Of a stretch of DNA of 64,000 nt, positions 10,896 through 24,149 are shown piece by piece. The notes beneath the pieces were generated by a model. It did not search any database and was not told the DNA's origin. It was given only the letters and a program-made list of their open reading frames with translations. The position numbers and the translations under genes were made by a program. Position 1 is the first letter of the stretch; each line of letters opens with the position of its first letter. The stretch covers positions 14,157,884 to 14,221,883 of the forward strand of contig NC_092371.1 of NCBI RefSeq assembly GCF_030028105.1. The letters are read 5' to 3'. The DNA is from Mobula birostris (taxonomy: Eukaryota).

Positions 10896-11561
10896 TGTCA
10901 CAGTGGGGGTCGTTGCGAACGGATCCAAATGCAAGACACAGATACTGAAGTACAAGGAACAGGACTTGACCAGAGTAGGGACGTGTCGGGATACAGACAA
11001 GGAGCAGGGACAAGAACACAGACTTGGGCTAGGACATGGAATAGACAGGGAACCGGACTAGGAACCATGAACTAGGAACCTGGGATTGGGAAAGTGGGAC
11101 CAGGACTAAGAACCATGAACTAGGAGCCAGGGCTTGGGCTCGGAGCCAGAGACTGGACAAGGACCCAGAACCTGGGTCTTGCCTCGGGCTCGGGCCATAG
11201 AACCTGGCAAAGACATGACATGACTATAGGACAAGAGGCTGGGGTCTTGAGGCCTGAGCTTGGAGACAGGCTGGTGTCTTGAAGCTTGAGTTTGGAGACA
11301 GGCTGGGGTCTTGAGGCTTGAGCTGGGAGACAGGGTGGGGTCTTGAGGCTTGAGCTTGGAGACAGGCTGGTGTCTTGAGGCTTGAGTTTGGAGACTGGCT
11401 GGGGTCTTGAGGCTTGAGCTGGGAGACAGGCTGGGGTCTTGAGGTTTGAGCTGGGAGACAGGCTGGGGTCTTGAGGTTTGAGCTTGGAGAACGGCTGGGG
11501 TCTTTAGTCCACGGACCGGACTGTGAACCGGAATGCAGACTTCACGGACCGGACCATGACA
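10896..11561 (-). mobile_element. Solo LTR (666 bp) with internal 32-bp minisatellite
   Basis: TGTCAC...ATGACA termini with 5-bp TSD CCCAG (10891-10895 and 11562-11566). Reverse complement of the family at 22254-23640. Confidence 0.88.
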
Positions 11562-11569
11562 CCCAGGTT

Positions 11570-12560
11570 TGGATGAATGGTGAAAAAGCAAATATAGAGT
11601 GCAGTCAGCGTTCAAGAAAGGCAGGCAGATGATAGGACAAAATTATAGACAGCAGGGTGTGTATCAGTGCATTAGGGATGCAGAATCAAATAGAATAACA
11701 AATACATTACTCAAACTGTTACATCTCCATGCACAGAGTTGGAGAAATAAGGTAGATGATCTTGTTGCACTATTACAGATTGTCAGGTATGAGGTTGTGG
11801 CCATCTCTGAATCGTGGCTGAAGGATGGTTGCAGTCGAGAGATGAATGCCCTAGGCTGTATCGAAGGGATAGGAAGGTAGGAACAGGGGTAGCATGTTTC
11901 CGCTGGTAAAGAATGGCATCCAAAAAGTAGAAAGTTATAATATAGCATCGGAAGTTGTTGAATCCTTGTGGGTTTAGTTAAGAAACTGCAAGCTAAAAGG
12001 ACCCTGATAGCAAACAACAGGAATTCTGTAGATGCTGGAAATTCAAGCAACACACATCAAAGTTGCTGGTGAACGCAGCAGGCCAGGCAGCATCTGTAGG
12101 AAGAGGTGCAGTCGACGTTTCAGGCCGAGACCCTTCGTCGGGACTAACTGAAGGAAGAGTGAACCATGATAGCGGTTATATACAGGCCGCTCAACAGTAG
12201 CTGGCATGTGGAACACAGATTACAACTACAAATAGAAACCGCGTGTCAAAAAGGCGAAGTTATGGTCGTCATGGTAGATTTCAACATGCAGGTCGATTGG
12301 GAAAGTCAGGTTGGAAATGGATCTCAGGATACCGAGGTTGTTGAATGCCTCCGGGATGGCTTTTCACAGCAGTTTGTCGTTGAACATACTAGGGGATCAG
12401 CTATACTGAATTGGATATGAACAGCATATGATTAGCGAGCTTAAGGTAAAAGAACCCTTAGGAGTCAGTTATCATAATATGATTGAGTTCAATTTGAACC
12501 TTAATAGGAAAAAAATTAAAGTCTGACGTAGCAGTATTTCAGTGGAGTAAAGGAAATTTA
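11570..12560 (+). mobile_element. CR1 ORF1-end/endonuclease fragment, interrupted by a short Penelope-derived repeat
   Basis: Frames read NKVDDL.A.LQI.RYEVVAISESWL and IAVIYRP.NS...DFNMQVDW. Confidence 0.75.
12010..12165 (-). mobile_element. Penelope-derived short repeat with hammerhead-like motif (12109-12145)
   Basis: Reverse complement reads AGTC CCGACGA AGGG TCTCGG CCT GAAAC GTC GACTG. Confidence 0.7.
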
Positions 12561-13324
12561 ATCAATGAGCTTTCATTGAACTGCAGTTGAGTGAGGGTTG
12601 GCTTCTCTTATGCTATCACTCCTCATTGAATGAAACCCATATCCCACTTATGAAATATCGTGCTGTGCCTGACTGATAATTTTTTTTTTCAGTAGGAATG
12701 GAGGGCTGGGCTGATAGGCTATTTCACCAACGGAGGCTGAGTAGACGGGCTAAAGTAGGAGACAGTGCAGAATGAGTTCAGTGAAAAGTGAGCAGCCCGA
12801 AAGACAGTCACCAGAGAGACCGGCAATGTCTGGGTGCTTCTGATTAGCGTCACCACAGCCATTCTGAAATAATAAGAACGATGTCTTTATTTGGGAAAGG
12901 CCTCGAAACTCTATATTTTCTTGTCCCACGAGTATATGTGTTGGTTGATTGGCACCCATCTGTCTCGAAGGACAATGGGTAATGATGATGATCATCAGAA
13001 GCCTAGGCGGAAGGTATGGAGATTCTGAGATCCCAGTCGTTCAAGATCACCCTCTCGCCTTTCCAGAAGAAAACTTAAGAAACAATACGTTTGGCACCAG
13101 TTCGGCAGCAGGAGCTTCCGGAATTATGTTCAATGACCTCCAGCCACCTTAGGGGCACCCTCCGGAGTTGGTAAATATACATTATATAAGAAGGGGCCTG
13201 CTGTCTTACTCACAGAAAGGGAATCGGACGATATGGAAAGCGCTTAAGGAATGAGGATTGCAGACGGTGGTCTTATTATTGTGGTCCAGAGTCGAGAGAA
13301 CGAGTTATGTACTCCGGCTCTTCC

Positions 13325-13800
13325 ATACCTTTTTACCAGAGAGATCGAATCGGGAGTAAGGGTGTGTGTGTCGGTGTTGAGTTGTGGGAGTTTGGATTTG
13401 AGAGCTGTAAAACAGTTTGTTAATAATCTCGGACATTACCCTTCCCAATCAAACCCACCCCACCATCAGATTAATCCAACCAGTTAATCCACCCTAGATG
13501 GTGGTTCATAGGGTTTAACAGCCAGGTGTCAGTTGTGTCCATACGTGGTGCTGATGCAGCTGCGGACCTCGTCATTTCTCAGTTGGGACCAACTGGGACA
13601 GCCTTTATACAGCTACAGTCACGTAAATTGCTGCTGTGATTTATCTTCTTTGTGAAGCGGTGCAGATGGTGCGGTCACCGGGTCCCGGGGAGGAGGAACC
13701 GGGAGTGGATGATGGTGCAATAGGGGGAGGGGGACGGGTGACCGTTATGTAGAGTACTGCAGTCTTCTTTCATTGAGGAAGTACAATTGCTGGAAGACGC
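13325..13800 (-). promoter_or_regulatory. Promoter/first-exon-like cassette, copy A
   Basis: On the minus strand: CATCTG 13663-13668, TATAAA 13604-13609, ATG 13573-13575, CAGCTG 13557-13562 and CTCTG|GTAAA donor at 13336. Has an insertion of roughly 130-150 bp relative to copy B. Confidence 0.4.
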
Positions 13801-14299
13801 TGCCTCACATCACCTGATCCTGCACCTTCCTTACTTTACTTAATTAGTTGTAGTTTTGGTGACTTTTATTCAACTACGGAAAAAGCTATACCCGTCACTC
13901 AGCTGTGACCCCTCACCGAAGCCTCTTGTGCCAAAGTCGGAAAACTCCGCTCCCTCCGCCGGTAAACTATACCGCGAAGCGACTCTTACTCCCATTTTGT
14001 TAGGCCTACCTCCCCACCATCATTCGAATGATCGGTTCGCCATTTTTACATTGAAAAGTACAGCAAGCTCCTCTAATACCGCTGGGGCTAGAGAACCGCT
14101 CACGCAAAGGCGAAAAAACCCGGCCATCAAAACAAGCGGTAGGCAGGAAAAAATTTGAAAGAAGTTATATGAGCGGCCGCGTCAAAATTTAAAAATAGAT
14201 CAAAAGAATGCGACAGCCCAAACCAACCAAATTTCTTTCTCACACTCTCTCAAACAGCGCGCAAAGCCGGTCTGAAGTCTGCTACCCAGCACTAGCCCA

Positions 14300-15290
14300 A
14301 CCCAGAAACCCAGGTACTGTAGCCATTAATGAGACTTGGTTGCAGGAGGAACTCAGTGTGCAGGGGTTCCGTTGTCTTAGACGTGAGAAAGCGGGAAAGA
14401 TTAAGAGAGATGGTGTGGATGATAATGTGGTAAACCGGATTAGCACATTTGCCGATAACTGGGGGTATACTGGACAGTTTGGAAGTCTATCAAAGCTTGG
14501 GGTCTGGACCAGCGGGAAATATGGGCTGAAGAATGAAAGAAGGAATTAAATGCAGTGAATTGTGATGTGCTGCACTTTATTTCGACCAACCAGCTCTTAC
14601 ACGCTGAGCAGTAGGGCACTGAGGAGTTCAGCAGAAGAGCGGGAACTGGGAACACGGATGAAAACATCGCCACAGGCCGATAGGTTAGTGAAGAATACAT
14701 TTCGCAGACTGGTCTTCATAAATAAATGTATTGATTAGAAGAGTTGGAATGTGGGTTGAAATTATATAAGATGTTGGTGAGTCCTAAGTTGGAGCATTGT
14801 GCGTAGTTTTGGCCACTTACCTGCAGGAAGGATGCTAATAAGATTGAAAGAGTGCAGGGAAAATGTACAAGAGTATTGCCTGGAATAGTTCAATAGTTGG
14901 GTCTTTATTGCCTTATCCGTAGAAGATTGGGAGGTGATTTGATAAAGGTATATAAAATTATGAGGGGTAAATGCAAGAGTTTTTTTCATACGGAGGTTGG
15001 CTGAGACTACAAATACAGGCCATGGGATAAGGTTGAAAGATAGAAGGATTAAGCGGAACATCAGGAGGAACTTTTTCACTCAGACGGCAACCAGAGTGTC
15101 GAACGAGTTGCCAGCTGAAGCAGTGGATGTGGGTTCAACTTCAACATTTACGGAGAAAATGGAGAGTTTTGTGGATGGGAGAGGTGAGGAGGGCGATGCT
15201 CCGGGTGCAGTTTGATGGGACGAGGCAGCTTAATATTTCGGCACAGACTAAATGTTGCAAATGCCTGCTTCTGCGCTGAAATGTCCTATG
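14300..15290 (+). mobile_element. Degraded CR1 (endonuclease piece, RT C-terminus, 3' UTR)
   Basis: INETWLQ, FAD, and RNIRRNFFTQ..WNELP-like motifs. Confidence 0.7.
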
Positions 15291-17169
15291 ACCCAATAAA
15301 TCTCTTGTTGAATCCCCAAATTAGGAATGCATTGAAGTCAGCGGTATTGACAGGTTAGTGGAGGATAACAGTGCAAGGGGTTTGGCAAATTGCATTGGCG
15401 GAGTAGGTGCATTTTTGTACTTGCACTGCTAGGCCGTACAAGCATCTCAAACCTAATCTGCCTAAAGCATATTTGTTTAAATAATCCCACGTTCGAACAA
15501 TACTGATTCCTTCCCAGTGTATAGAGGTGACGACAGTCACCAAAACAACTGGAGAAATTTGCTGACACAGTCTGTTTATTTGACTACTCTGTTCCATTCA
15601 TTGGAAGACAACACACAAACTAAGACGTTTATTGATTTTTCACTCTTATTGGAATGTCAGCAATTGTGACAGGCGATACGGAAATGAAAGCTCATTATTT
15701 GTCAGCTTATCATGTCTCGCCTGAGACACTTCCTTAGTGTTCTCTGCTACCGCTGCATGGTCACTCGTGGAACTTCCATCAGTGGCTTTTCCCGCTTCTA
15801 TGCCCCTTACGCACCGCCGGCCAGGCCTGTGCCTATCTCCTGACCAATACATTTTAATTTATACAGCTGACAAACCAATTGGTTTCAGAATTTGCTGGGT
15901 ATTCTTGGAAATAGTGCTTTACAATACTCTGACGTGCTGAAACATCATACGCATTCTGCGCATAATGTTGTTCATATATTGCCAAAATTCAATTTCACCG
16001 ATGCAATGATTCATTGCTTGAAAAGAAACAAATCAACTCCACACAGTATCCAGAAGCGCATGCAAATTCGGCTTAATAATACTTCAGAAAAATTATGAAG
16101 ACTCCTATCACATTCTTTTCCAGAGAACTTAAACCCGCAGGTTTCTTCAGTCGATTTATTTGTGCTTCTGGCCTTAATGTCATGTGTCAGCGGAATTTCA
16201 GCCTTTGCACCTACTTAGGTCGTGAGTTTTCGGCTGCCTATTTGCCGCACGAAAACCAGCAATGTGGAAGTTTCATAGCATAGGTTTAACATCCCTGTGA
16301 GTTTGAAGTTTCAGCGCTGATTTTAATGTGGAAATTAAGGTGATCTGAAATGCGGTTCTGATGACTGGTTAGAAAGAAGGCGAAAACTATTGCTGCTGTT
16401 CTTGGTGACGGTTGAGGTGAGTTATGGGAAAGCTCAGAATGAGGCAGAAAACCTTGAAAACAAAGACAGACTGTTCAGCAGTGGCCCCATACAGAACCTT
16501 TTCCCAATTTCACAGACTTCAATGCGAACCAAGTTAGAGGGAAAAGAATACAATAAACTCTAGGCCAAACAGGACCGTCAAATAAAACTCTCAAATAGAA
16601 AACGAAGCCTACACTGCGGCTGAAAGGAATAACTAAATATAAAACCAATACTGCCAGTCTTCAGAGCTAGTTGACTGGACAGTCCGATTTCTTAGGCAAG
16701 GCCGAAGGTAAGCAGGCAGCTAAGCGTTGCTGTGCTGGGTTCCAATCTCAACACTCACCATGATGGAACGAGTGGAGTCAAATACTATCACGATGAGATA
16801 ATAATTAGCTGACACGTGCATATCCACAAGCGCAATTGCGCTGCTGAATCCATGGTTATGAAACCAGTTGTATATGTCAGCGTAGAAATTGCTTAAGTGC
16901 TCCAAGGTAAAGACATTTGGATCAAATTGCAAAGTTCAAGGTAATTTTATTATCAAAGTACACATATGTCACCAAATATAAAGCTATGATTCGTTTCCTT
17001 GCGGGCATAGTCAATAAGTCCGCGAACCACAACAGAATCAATGAAAGACCACACCCAATAGAATAGAAATACACTCTGTGAGCAAAAGATAACAAACTGT
17101 GTAAATACAAAATTAAAATAAGTAAATAATAATAAATAAATAATAATAAAAAATAAATAACCGATACAT

Positions 17170-19050
17170 AGAGAACATGAGCAAAGAGAGTATGGTCTGT
17201 GTGGTAGTGTACTCGATGATTGATGTTGGTTTCCGGGGACAGCCCCTCCTTCCGGATGTCTCAAATTGTGGGAAGGGATTGACCGTGATGGACTGGACGT
17301 CATCCGCTACTTTCTATAGGATTTTCCGTGCAGGGGCATTGGTGCGTATCCATGCCAGGCCGCGATGCAAACAGTCAATACACCCTCCAGTACACATCTC
17401 TGGACGTTTGTGAAAGTTTTAGATATCATGCCGATGGTCTGTAAGCTTTTAAGGAAGTAGAGACAGCACCGTGCTTTCGTTGTAACTGCACTTCCGTGCA
17501 GAGCCCAGGACAGATTCTTGAAACAAAAACACCGAGGATTTAAAAATTGCTGACCCTCTCCACCCCTGATCGTCGAAGTAGGACTGGTTCTTGGACCTCC
17601 AGCTTCCTCCTCCTTCCTCAGTTCCTTCTTTGCTTACCTTGAGTGAAAGGATGTTGTTGTGGCACCACTTAGCCAGATTTTCAATCTTCCTCCTTTCTGT
17701 TGATTCGTCTCTAGCTTCGATTGGGACAACAACAATGGTGTTGTTAGCAAACTTATATATGGCTTGTAACTGTGCTTAGCCTCACCTTCATAAGTGTACA
17801 GCGAGTAAAATAGTGGTCTAACTACACGTCCTTTTTGTGCAGACATGCTGATGAAAATTGTGTAAGAATTACTTTTGCTAGTCCAAACGGGCTGGGGTCT
17901 GGAATTGAGGAAATCGAGGATCTAATTGCACAAGGAGGCATTAAGGCCCAGCTCTTGAAGCTTATTGGTTTAGATTTCAGAGGTGATGGTGCTGAATGCC
18001 GAACTGTCGTTGATACAGACCAACACGCTGTATGCATTCTTGCTGTCCAGATGCTCCAGGAGTGAGTGAGAAGGCAATGAAAAAGTGCTTGCTGCGCTTC
18101 TGTTACGCCAATTGGGAAATTGGAGACTATCCAGGGCGATTCTCAGGCAGCTGTTGATAAGTTTTCATCACCAGCATCTCAAAGCGCTTAATCTCGGTGG
18201 ATCTAGTAAGTGCTACTGAACGAGAGTCACTGAGGAAGATTCCCACCATCTTCGAAGGCACTGGTATAATTGAAGCCTGCTTGAAGAAGTGGAGTACATC
18301 ACACTTCTAAAGCATGAGGTTAAAGATATTGGTGAACACTCCAGCCAGTTGATTAGCACAGGATTTTCATACTCGGCTAGGTACTCCATTTGGGCCCGAT
18401 GCTTTCCGTGGGTTCACTCGTCTGAAGGATGCTGACACTTCAAACTCAAGACTGAGATCACAGGGCCATCATGGGCTGTAGAAGTTCCTGAACGTTCCTC
18501 CACGTTTTGATGGTCAAATCGACTTTAGAATGCATTGAGCTCATCTGGCTCCGATGTCCTGCTGTTGCCTATGTCGTTTAGTTTCAGTTGGTAAGAGGTA
18601 ATGACATTCAAGCCTTCCCACAGCTGTCGAGCATCCTCCAGTGACTGAAGATTAGTGCGGAATTGCTACATCGCCCGTGAGATGGCTTTCCGGAGATCGT
18701 ACCTGGACGTCTTGCATCTTACTTTCATGCCAGATCTGAAATCCAGTGATCTAGCTCTCTTCAGATTGCGGATCTCATAGTTCAACCAGGGTCCCTGGTG
18801 GGGAAAGATTCTGAATGATTTTCGGAGTACTCAGTCGTGTGCAGCTCTTTTTAGATACTCCGTGACAATCGATTTGTGTTCATTCTGATACTCAGATTCG
18901 TCCTTGAACGCGGTCCAGTCCACCGACTAGAAGCAGTCACGTAGCCCATCCCCCGCTTTCTGCGACCGTTCCTTTGTTGTCCCTTTGTTGGGCACGAGGC
19001 GAGAAAACCCATCCTGCAAAAACCCAGAGCCAGAGCGTGGATCGGCATTT
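17170..19050 (-). mobile_element. Rex1/Babar-type LINE fragment
   Basis: Degenerate LDPLQFAY, SSAFNTI and PLFYSLYT motifs on the minus strand. Confidence 0.7.
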
Positions 19051-19880
19051 AGATAGATAGACAGATAGATAGATATACTTTATTAAACCTGAGGGAAAGT
19101 TGGTTTCGTTACAGCCGCACCAACCAAGAATAGAGCGTAAATATAGCAATACAAAAACCACAAACAATCAAACAACAAAACGCAAAACTATGCCAGATGG
19201 AAAATAAGTCCAGGACCAGTCTATTGGCTCAGGGTGTCTGACCCTCCACGGGAGGAGCTGCACGTTCAATGTCCACAGGCAGAAACGACCTCCCGTGCCG
19301 CTAAGTGTTGTATCACGGTGGAATGTGGCCGAAGTTCAACAGTAAAAAGTTCAATATCCAGTCTGCAAACACGTTCCTCGATCGTAATATACCCCGGATT
19401 GCACCATCCGTTGTTAGCCAGATCAGCAAGCACCCCAATCCTTCACGCCGCTTACCGCTCTCGCTGCACTTCCGGTCAGCCGGAACGGTATTACCCACCG
19501 AACTCCTCTTCTCCAAGAGTCTCTGTTGTCTCGACCCGGTCCTCTTTCCTCGGCTTTGTGATCCACCTCTGTGTGTTTTCCTCCGGATTTCAGCAGGGGT
19601 GTCTGCCGCTCTGTTCGCTAAGCCGGCCGGTATTTGCTGGTCCGTGGAATACACAATACGACGTTGCTTCTGTCCCGCGTGTAGGGATGTAACCATTTCC
19701 AGCGCTAAAGAAAACCCAAATAAAACTCTCTCTACCAGCATGCTAGAGAGGGTGCAGCTTCGACATGTTACCATGAGAAAAAATACAAAAAATAACGTAA
19801 ATTAAAAGTAAGAAGAAGAAAGTAAGAGAATAGATCGGAACGGCTGTATCAGGCTGCATGCACGACCGGCGCATGCGCAC
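19050..19880 (-). mobile_element. Internally deleted Rex1-family derivative (5' UTR + ORF start joined to 3' end)
   Basis: 19050-19330 is similar to the 3' end of the Rex1 at 25131-25390. 19313-19774 encodes an N-terminal Rex1-like peptide (IVYSTDQ..RRKTHRG). There is a (TAGA)n tail and no RT. Confidence 0.55.
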
Positions 19881-19889
19881 TAGGTTTGG

Positions 19890-22800
19890 CGCTATGATAT
19901 TGCGTCCATCACAGAGACTTGGATGGTGCAGGGGCAGGAATGGCTACTTCAATTGCCAGGCTTTAAATGTTTCAGAAAGCATAGGGAGGGAGGTAAAAGA
20001 GGTGGGAGCGTGATCAGAGACAGTGCCACTGCTGCAGAAAAGGAGGAAGTCGTGGAGGGGTTGTATACGGAATCCCTGTGGGTGGAATTTAGGAATAGGA
20101 ATGGGTCAATAACTCTACTGGGTGTTTTTTATAGACCACCCAATAGTAACAGGGCCATCGAGGAGCAGATAGGGAGACGTTTCTGGAAAGGGGTAATAAT
20201 AACAGGGTTGTTGTGGTGGGAGATTTTAATTTCCCAAATATTGATTGGTATCTGCCTAGAGTGAGGGGTTTAGATGGGGTAGGGTTTTTTTTTTAGGTGT
20301 GTCCAGAAAGGTTTCTGAACAGAATATGTAGATAAGCCTACAAGAGGAGAGGCTGTTATTGGGAAATGAACCTGGTCAGCTGTCAGGTCTCTCAGCGGGA
20401 GAGCATTTTGGAGATAGTAATCACAATTCTATCTACTTTACCAGAGCACTGGGGAGGGATAGCAACAGATTAGTTAGGAAACCGTTTAATTGGCGTAAGG
20501 GGAAATATGAAGCTATCAGGCCAGGAACTTGGAAGCATAAATTTGGAACAGATGTTCTCAGGGAGATATATGGAAGAAATGTGGAAAATGTTCAGGGGAT
20601 ATTTGCGTGGAGAACTGCATCGGTACGTTCCAATGAGACAGTGCAAGGATGGTAGGGTACACGAACCGTGGTTTACAAACGCTGTTGTAAATCTAGTCAA
20701 GAAGAAAAGAAGAGCTTATGAAAGGTTGAAAGAACAAGGTAACGATAGAGATCTAGAAGATTATAAGGCTAGCAGGAAGGAGTTTAAGAAAGAAATTAGG
20801 AGAGATAGAAGGGACTATGAGAAAGTCTTGGTGGACAGGATTAAGGAAAATCCAAGGCATTCTACAAGTATGTGAAGAGCAAGAGGATAAGATGTAAGAG
20901 AATAGGACCAATCAAGTGTGACAGTGGAAAAGTGTGTATGGAACCAGAGGAGATGGCAGAGGTACTTAATGAATAATTTGCTTCAGTATTTACTACGGAA
21001 AAGGATCTTGACGATTGTAAGGATAACTTGCAGCGGACTGAAAAGCTTGAGTATGCAGATATTAAGGAAGTGGATGTGCTGGTGCTTTTGGAAAGCATCG
21101 AGTTGGATAATTCACCGGAACCGTACGGGATGTATCCCAGGCTACTGTGGGAAGAGAGGGACGAGTTTGCTGAGCCTCACGCGACGATTTTTGCATCATC
21201 AATGAGGACGGGAGAGTTTCTGGAGGATTGGAGGGTTGTCGATATTATTCACTTATTCAAGAAAGTGAGCAGGGGTAGCCCAGGAAATTATAGACTAGTG
21301 AGGCTTACTTCAATGGTTGGTAAGTTGATGGAGAAGATCATGAGACGCAGGATTTATGAAAATTTGGAGAAGCATAATATGATTAGGAATAGTCAGCATG
21401 GCTTTGTCAAAAGTACGTCGTACCTTACAAATCCGATTGAATATTTTGAGAATGTGACTAAACACATTGATGAACGTAGAGCCGCAGATGTAGCGTATAT
21501 GGACTTTCAGCAAGGCATTTGAGAAGGTACTCTAGGCAAGGCTTATTGAGAAATTAAGGGGGCATGGGACGAAGGGGACAATGCGTTCTGGATCCAGAAC
21601 AGGTTTGTCCACAGTAGGCAAAGAGCGGATGTAGACGGGTCATATTCTGCATGGAGTCCGGTGACCAGGGATCTGTTCAGGGACACCTACTCTTTGTGAT
21701 TTTTATAAATTCCCTGGATGAGGGATAGTTTAGCAAATTTGCTGCTGACACAAAGGTTGGGGGTGTTATGGATAGTGTGGAGGGTTATCAGATATTACGC
21801 GGGACACTGACAGGATGCAAAGCTGGGCTGAGAAGTAGCAGATGGAATTCAACCCAGATAAGTCTTAGGTGGTTCACTTTGGTAGGTAAAATATGAAGGC
21901 AGAATATAGCATGAATGGCAAGGCTTTTGGCAGTGTGGAGGAGCAGAGGGATCTTGCTGTCCGAGTCCATAGGACACTCAGAGCTGCTACGCAGGTTGAG
22001 TCTGTGGTTAAGAAGGCATACGGTTCATTGGTCTTCATCAATCGTGGGTCTGTTTAAGAACAGAGAAGTACTGTTGCAGCTCTATAGGACCCTGATTAGA
22101 TCCCACTTGGAGTACTGTGCTCAGTTCTGGTCGCCTCACTACAGGAAGGGCGTGGAAAGCATAGAGAGGAGATTTACGAGGATGTTGCCTGGATTGGGGA
22201 GATGCCTTAAGAGAATAGGTTGAGTGAACTCGGCCTCTGCTCCTAGGAGCGACTGTCATGGCCCGGTCCGTGAAGTCCGCTTTCCGGTTCACGGTCTGGT
22301 CCATGGACTCAGGACTCCGGGTCTTCCAGCTGTCCGTTGGTTTGGTTGAGTTAATCATAGGCACCTGATTCCCAACTTGAGGCTTGGAATATAAGTAGCC
22401 TTGGGGACGACTGTGGGCTGCTGGTTTGTCTTGTCAAGATCCCCTGGGAGCAACCTGCTGCTGCAAGGCTAGAGCGGCCGCTTACCATCTTTAGGCCCCG
22501 TTAGGGAACCATCCCCTCATAGAGCTTTGCTGTCAGTAGTCGTAGCTGTCTTTGCGGTATGGATTGGGACGTTTCCCGGGCCAGCTGATTGGCCGTCAGA
22601 CACTCAGAGCTAGGTAGGGTTCCGGCTGTTTCCGTAGCCAGCCGAGGTCGACTGGCGACTCGGAGCAACCCCGAAGCAGAGATGGTACTGTCTGTCGTTC
22701 TTCGATGTTTGTCTCTTCTTGTCCTCGCCTCCGTGGGGTGAGTCAGGCCGTTCTGCCGTTGCCCTGTAGGGAGATCTGTCTTGTCTTGTCCTTGCCTCCA

Positions 22801-24030
22801 TGGAGTAGGTCACACCGTTCTGCCGTTTCCCGACGGAGGGACCTTTCCCACCTTTGTGTGGAGATAAAGTTGAGTCCCGGCTTGTCAAAGTATAAGTCCC
22901 GGCTCTATGTCTATGTTCTGTCCAGTCTCATGTTGGTGTCGTGCCAAAGATGAGTCCCGGCTTTTCGAAGGGTAGGTCCCGGCTCTACGTTAATGTACAG
23001 TTCCCAGACTGTCTCCGAGCTCCAGTCTCCGCGTTATCAGCCTCCGCATTCCAAGATCCTAGCTCCCAGGCTGCAGCCTGTCTCCAAGCGCAAGCCTCAA
23101 GACCCCAGCCTGTCTTCAAGCTCAAGCTCCAAGACCCCAGCCCAGCTTCAAGCCTCAAGACTAAGACCCCAGCCTCAAGGCTCAAGACCAAGACCCCAGC
23201 CTCAAGCCTCAAGCCCCAAGACCCCAGCCCAGCTTCAAGCCTCAAGACCAAGACCCCAGCCTCAAGGCTCAAGACCAAGACCCCAGCCTCAAGCCTCAAG
23301 ACCCAAGACACCAGCCTGCAGCCCTAAACCTCTAGAACCCAGCCAATTCCTCTCCTGCAGTCATGTCATGTCTTTGCCTGGTTCTGGGGGCCGAGCCCGA
23401 GGCAAGACCCTGGTTTTGGGTCCTTGACCAGTCTCTGGCTCAGAGCCCAAGCCGAGGTTCCCAGTGTAGAGTTCCTTGTCAGGGTTCCCTGTCTTGTCCA
23501 TGTCCTAGCCCTAGTCTGCGTTCTTGTCCCTGTTCCTTGTCTGTACCCTGACACGTCCCTACGCTAGTCAAGTCCTGTTCCTAGTACTTCAGTGTCTGTG
23601 TCTTGCATTTGGGTCCGCTACCAACGCTCCCATTGTGACAGCGACAGAGGATGAGGGGTGACCTGATAGAGGTGTACAAGATGATGAGAGGCATTGATCG
23701 TGTGGCTAGTCAGAGGCTTTTTCCCGCGGCTGAAATGGCTAGCATAGGAGGACATAGTCTTAAGGTGCTTGGAAGTCTTTATAGAGGAGATATCAGTGGT
23801 AGGTTTCTTACGCAGAGTGGTGAGTGCTCGGAATGGGCTGCCGGCGGACATGTTGGAGGCTTAAACCATAGGGACTTTAAAAAGAATCCTGGATAGATAC
23901 ATGGAGTTTAGGAAAATAGAGGGCTATTGGTGAGCATAGGCAGTTATGAGGTAAGGACACGTTCAGCAAAGCTTTGTGGGCCGAAGCCCCTGTATTGCGC
24001 TGTCGGTTTTCTGTGTTTCTATGTTTCTAG
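19890..24030 (+). mobile_element. CR1 LINE (endonuclease to 3' UTR), split by a solo LTR
   Basis: Fragmented ORF2 frames (YRPPNS, EDWRVV.I..LFKK, SQHGF, LEYCAQFWSPHY). The YSLERRRMRGDLIEVYK motif is joined across the LTR TSD. Ends in a (TTTCTATG)n-like tail. Confidence 0.85.
22254..23640 (+). mobile_element. Solo LTR (1387 bp) with minisatellite array
   Basis: TGTCAT...GTGACA termini with 5-bp TSD GCGAC (22249-22253 and 23641-23645). TATAAG at about 22388. Tandem array at about 23090-23320. Confidence 0.9.
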
Positions 24031-24149
24031 TGAAAATGAAACAGAAGCTCCAAAGACCGCATCCTTGGGCTGGGAAAATCAAGAAATCCGAGAGATTGAG
24101 ACAGCTTCCTGACCGAAAAGACTGTTTGTGTGTAGAAAAAAAGAAAAGC

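Noticed and set aside
11237-11502. 32-bp tandem repeats as a CRISPR-like array
   Set aside because: Contiguous repeats with no unique spacers, in a vertebrate LTR context.
19151-19159. Perfect RSS nonamer ACAAAAACC
   Set aside because: No CACAGTG-like heptamer 12 or 23 nt upstream, and it lies in a Rex1 3' UTR.
11561-22254. Idea that the segment between the two inverted LTRs was flipped, explaining the antisense cassette at 13.3-13.8 kb
   Set aside because: Each LTR retains its own matching TSD (CCCAG, GCGAC). Recombination between them would have swapped the flanks.
22941-23427. Long repetitive ORFs (PASSLKTKT..., also 11106-11615)
   Set aside because: Open frames produced by the LTR minisatellite, open on both strands and not gene-like.
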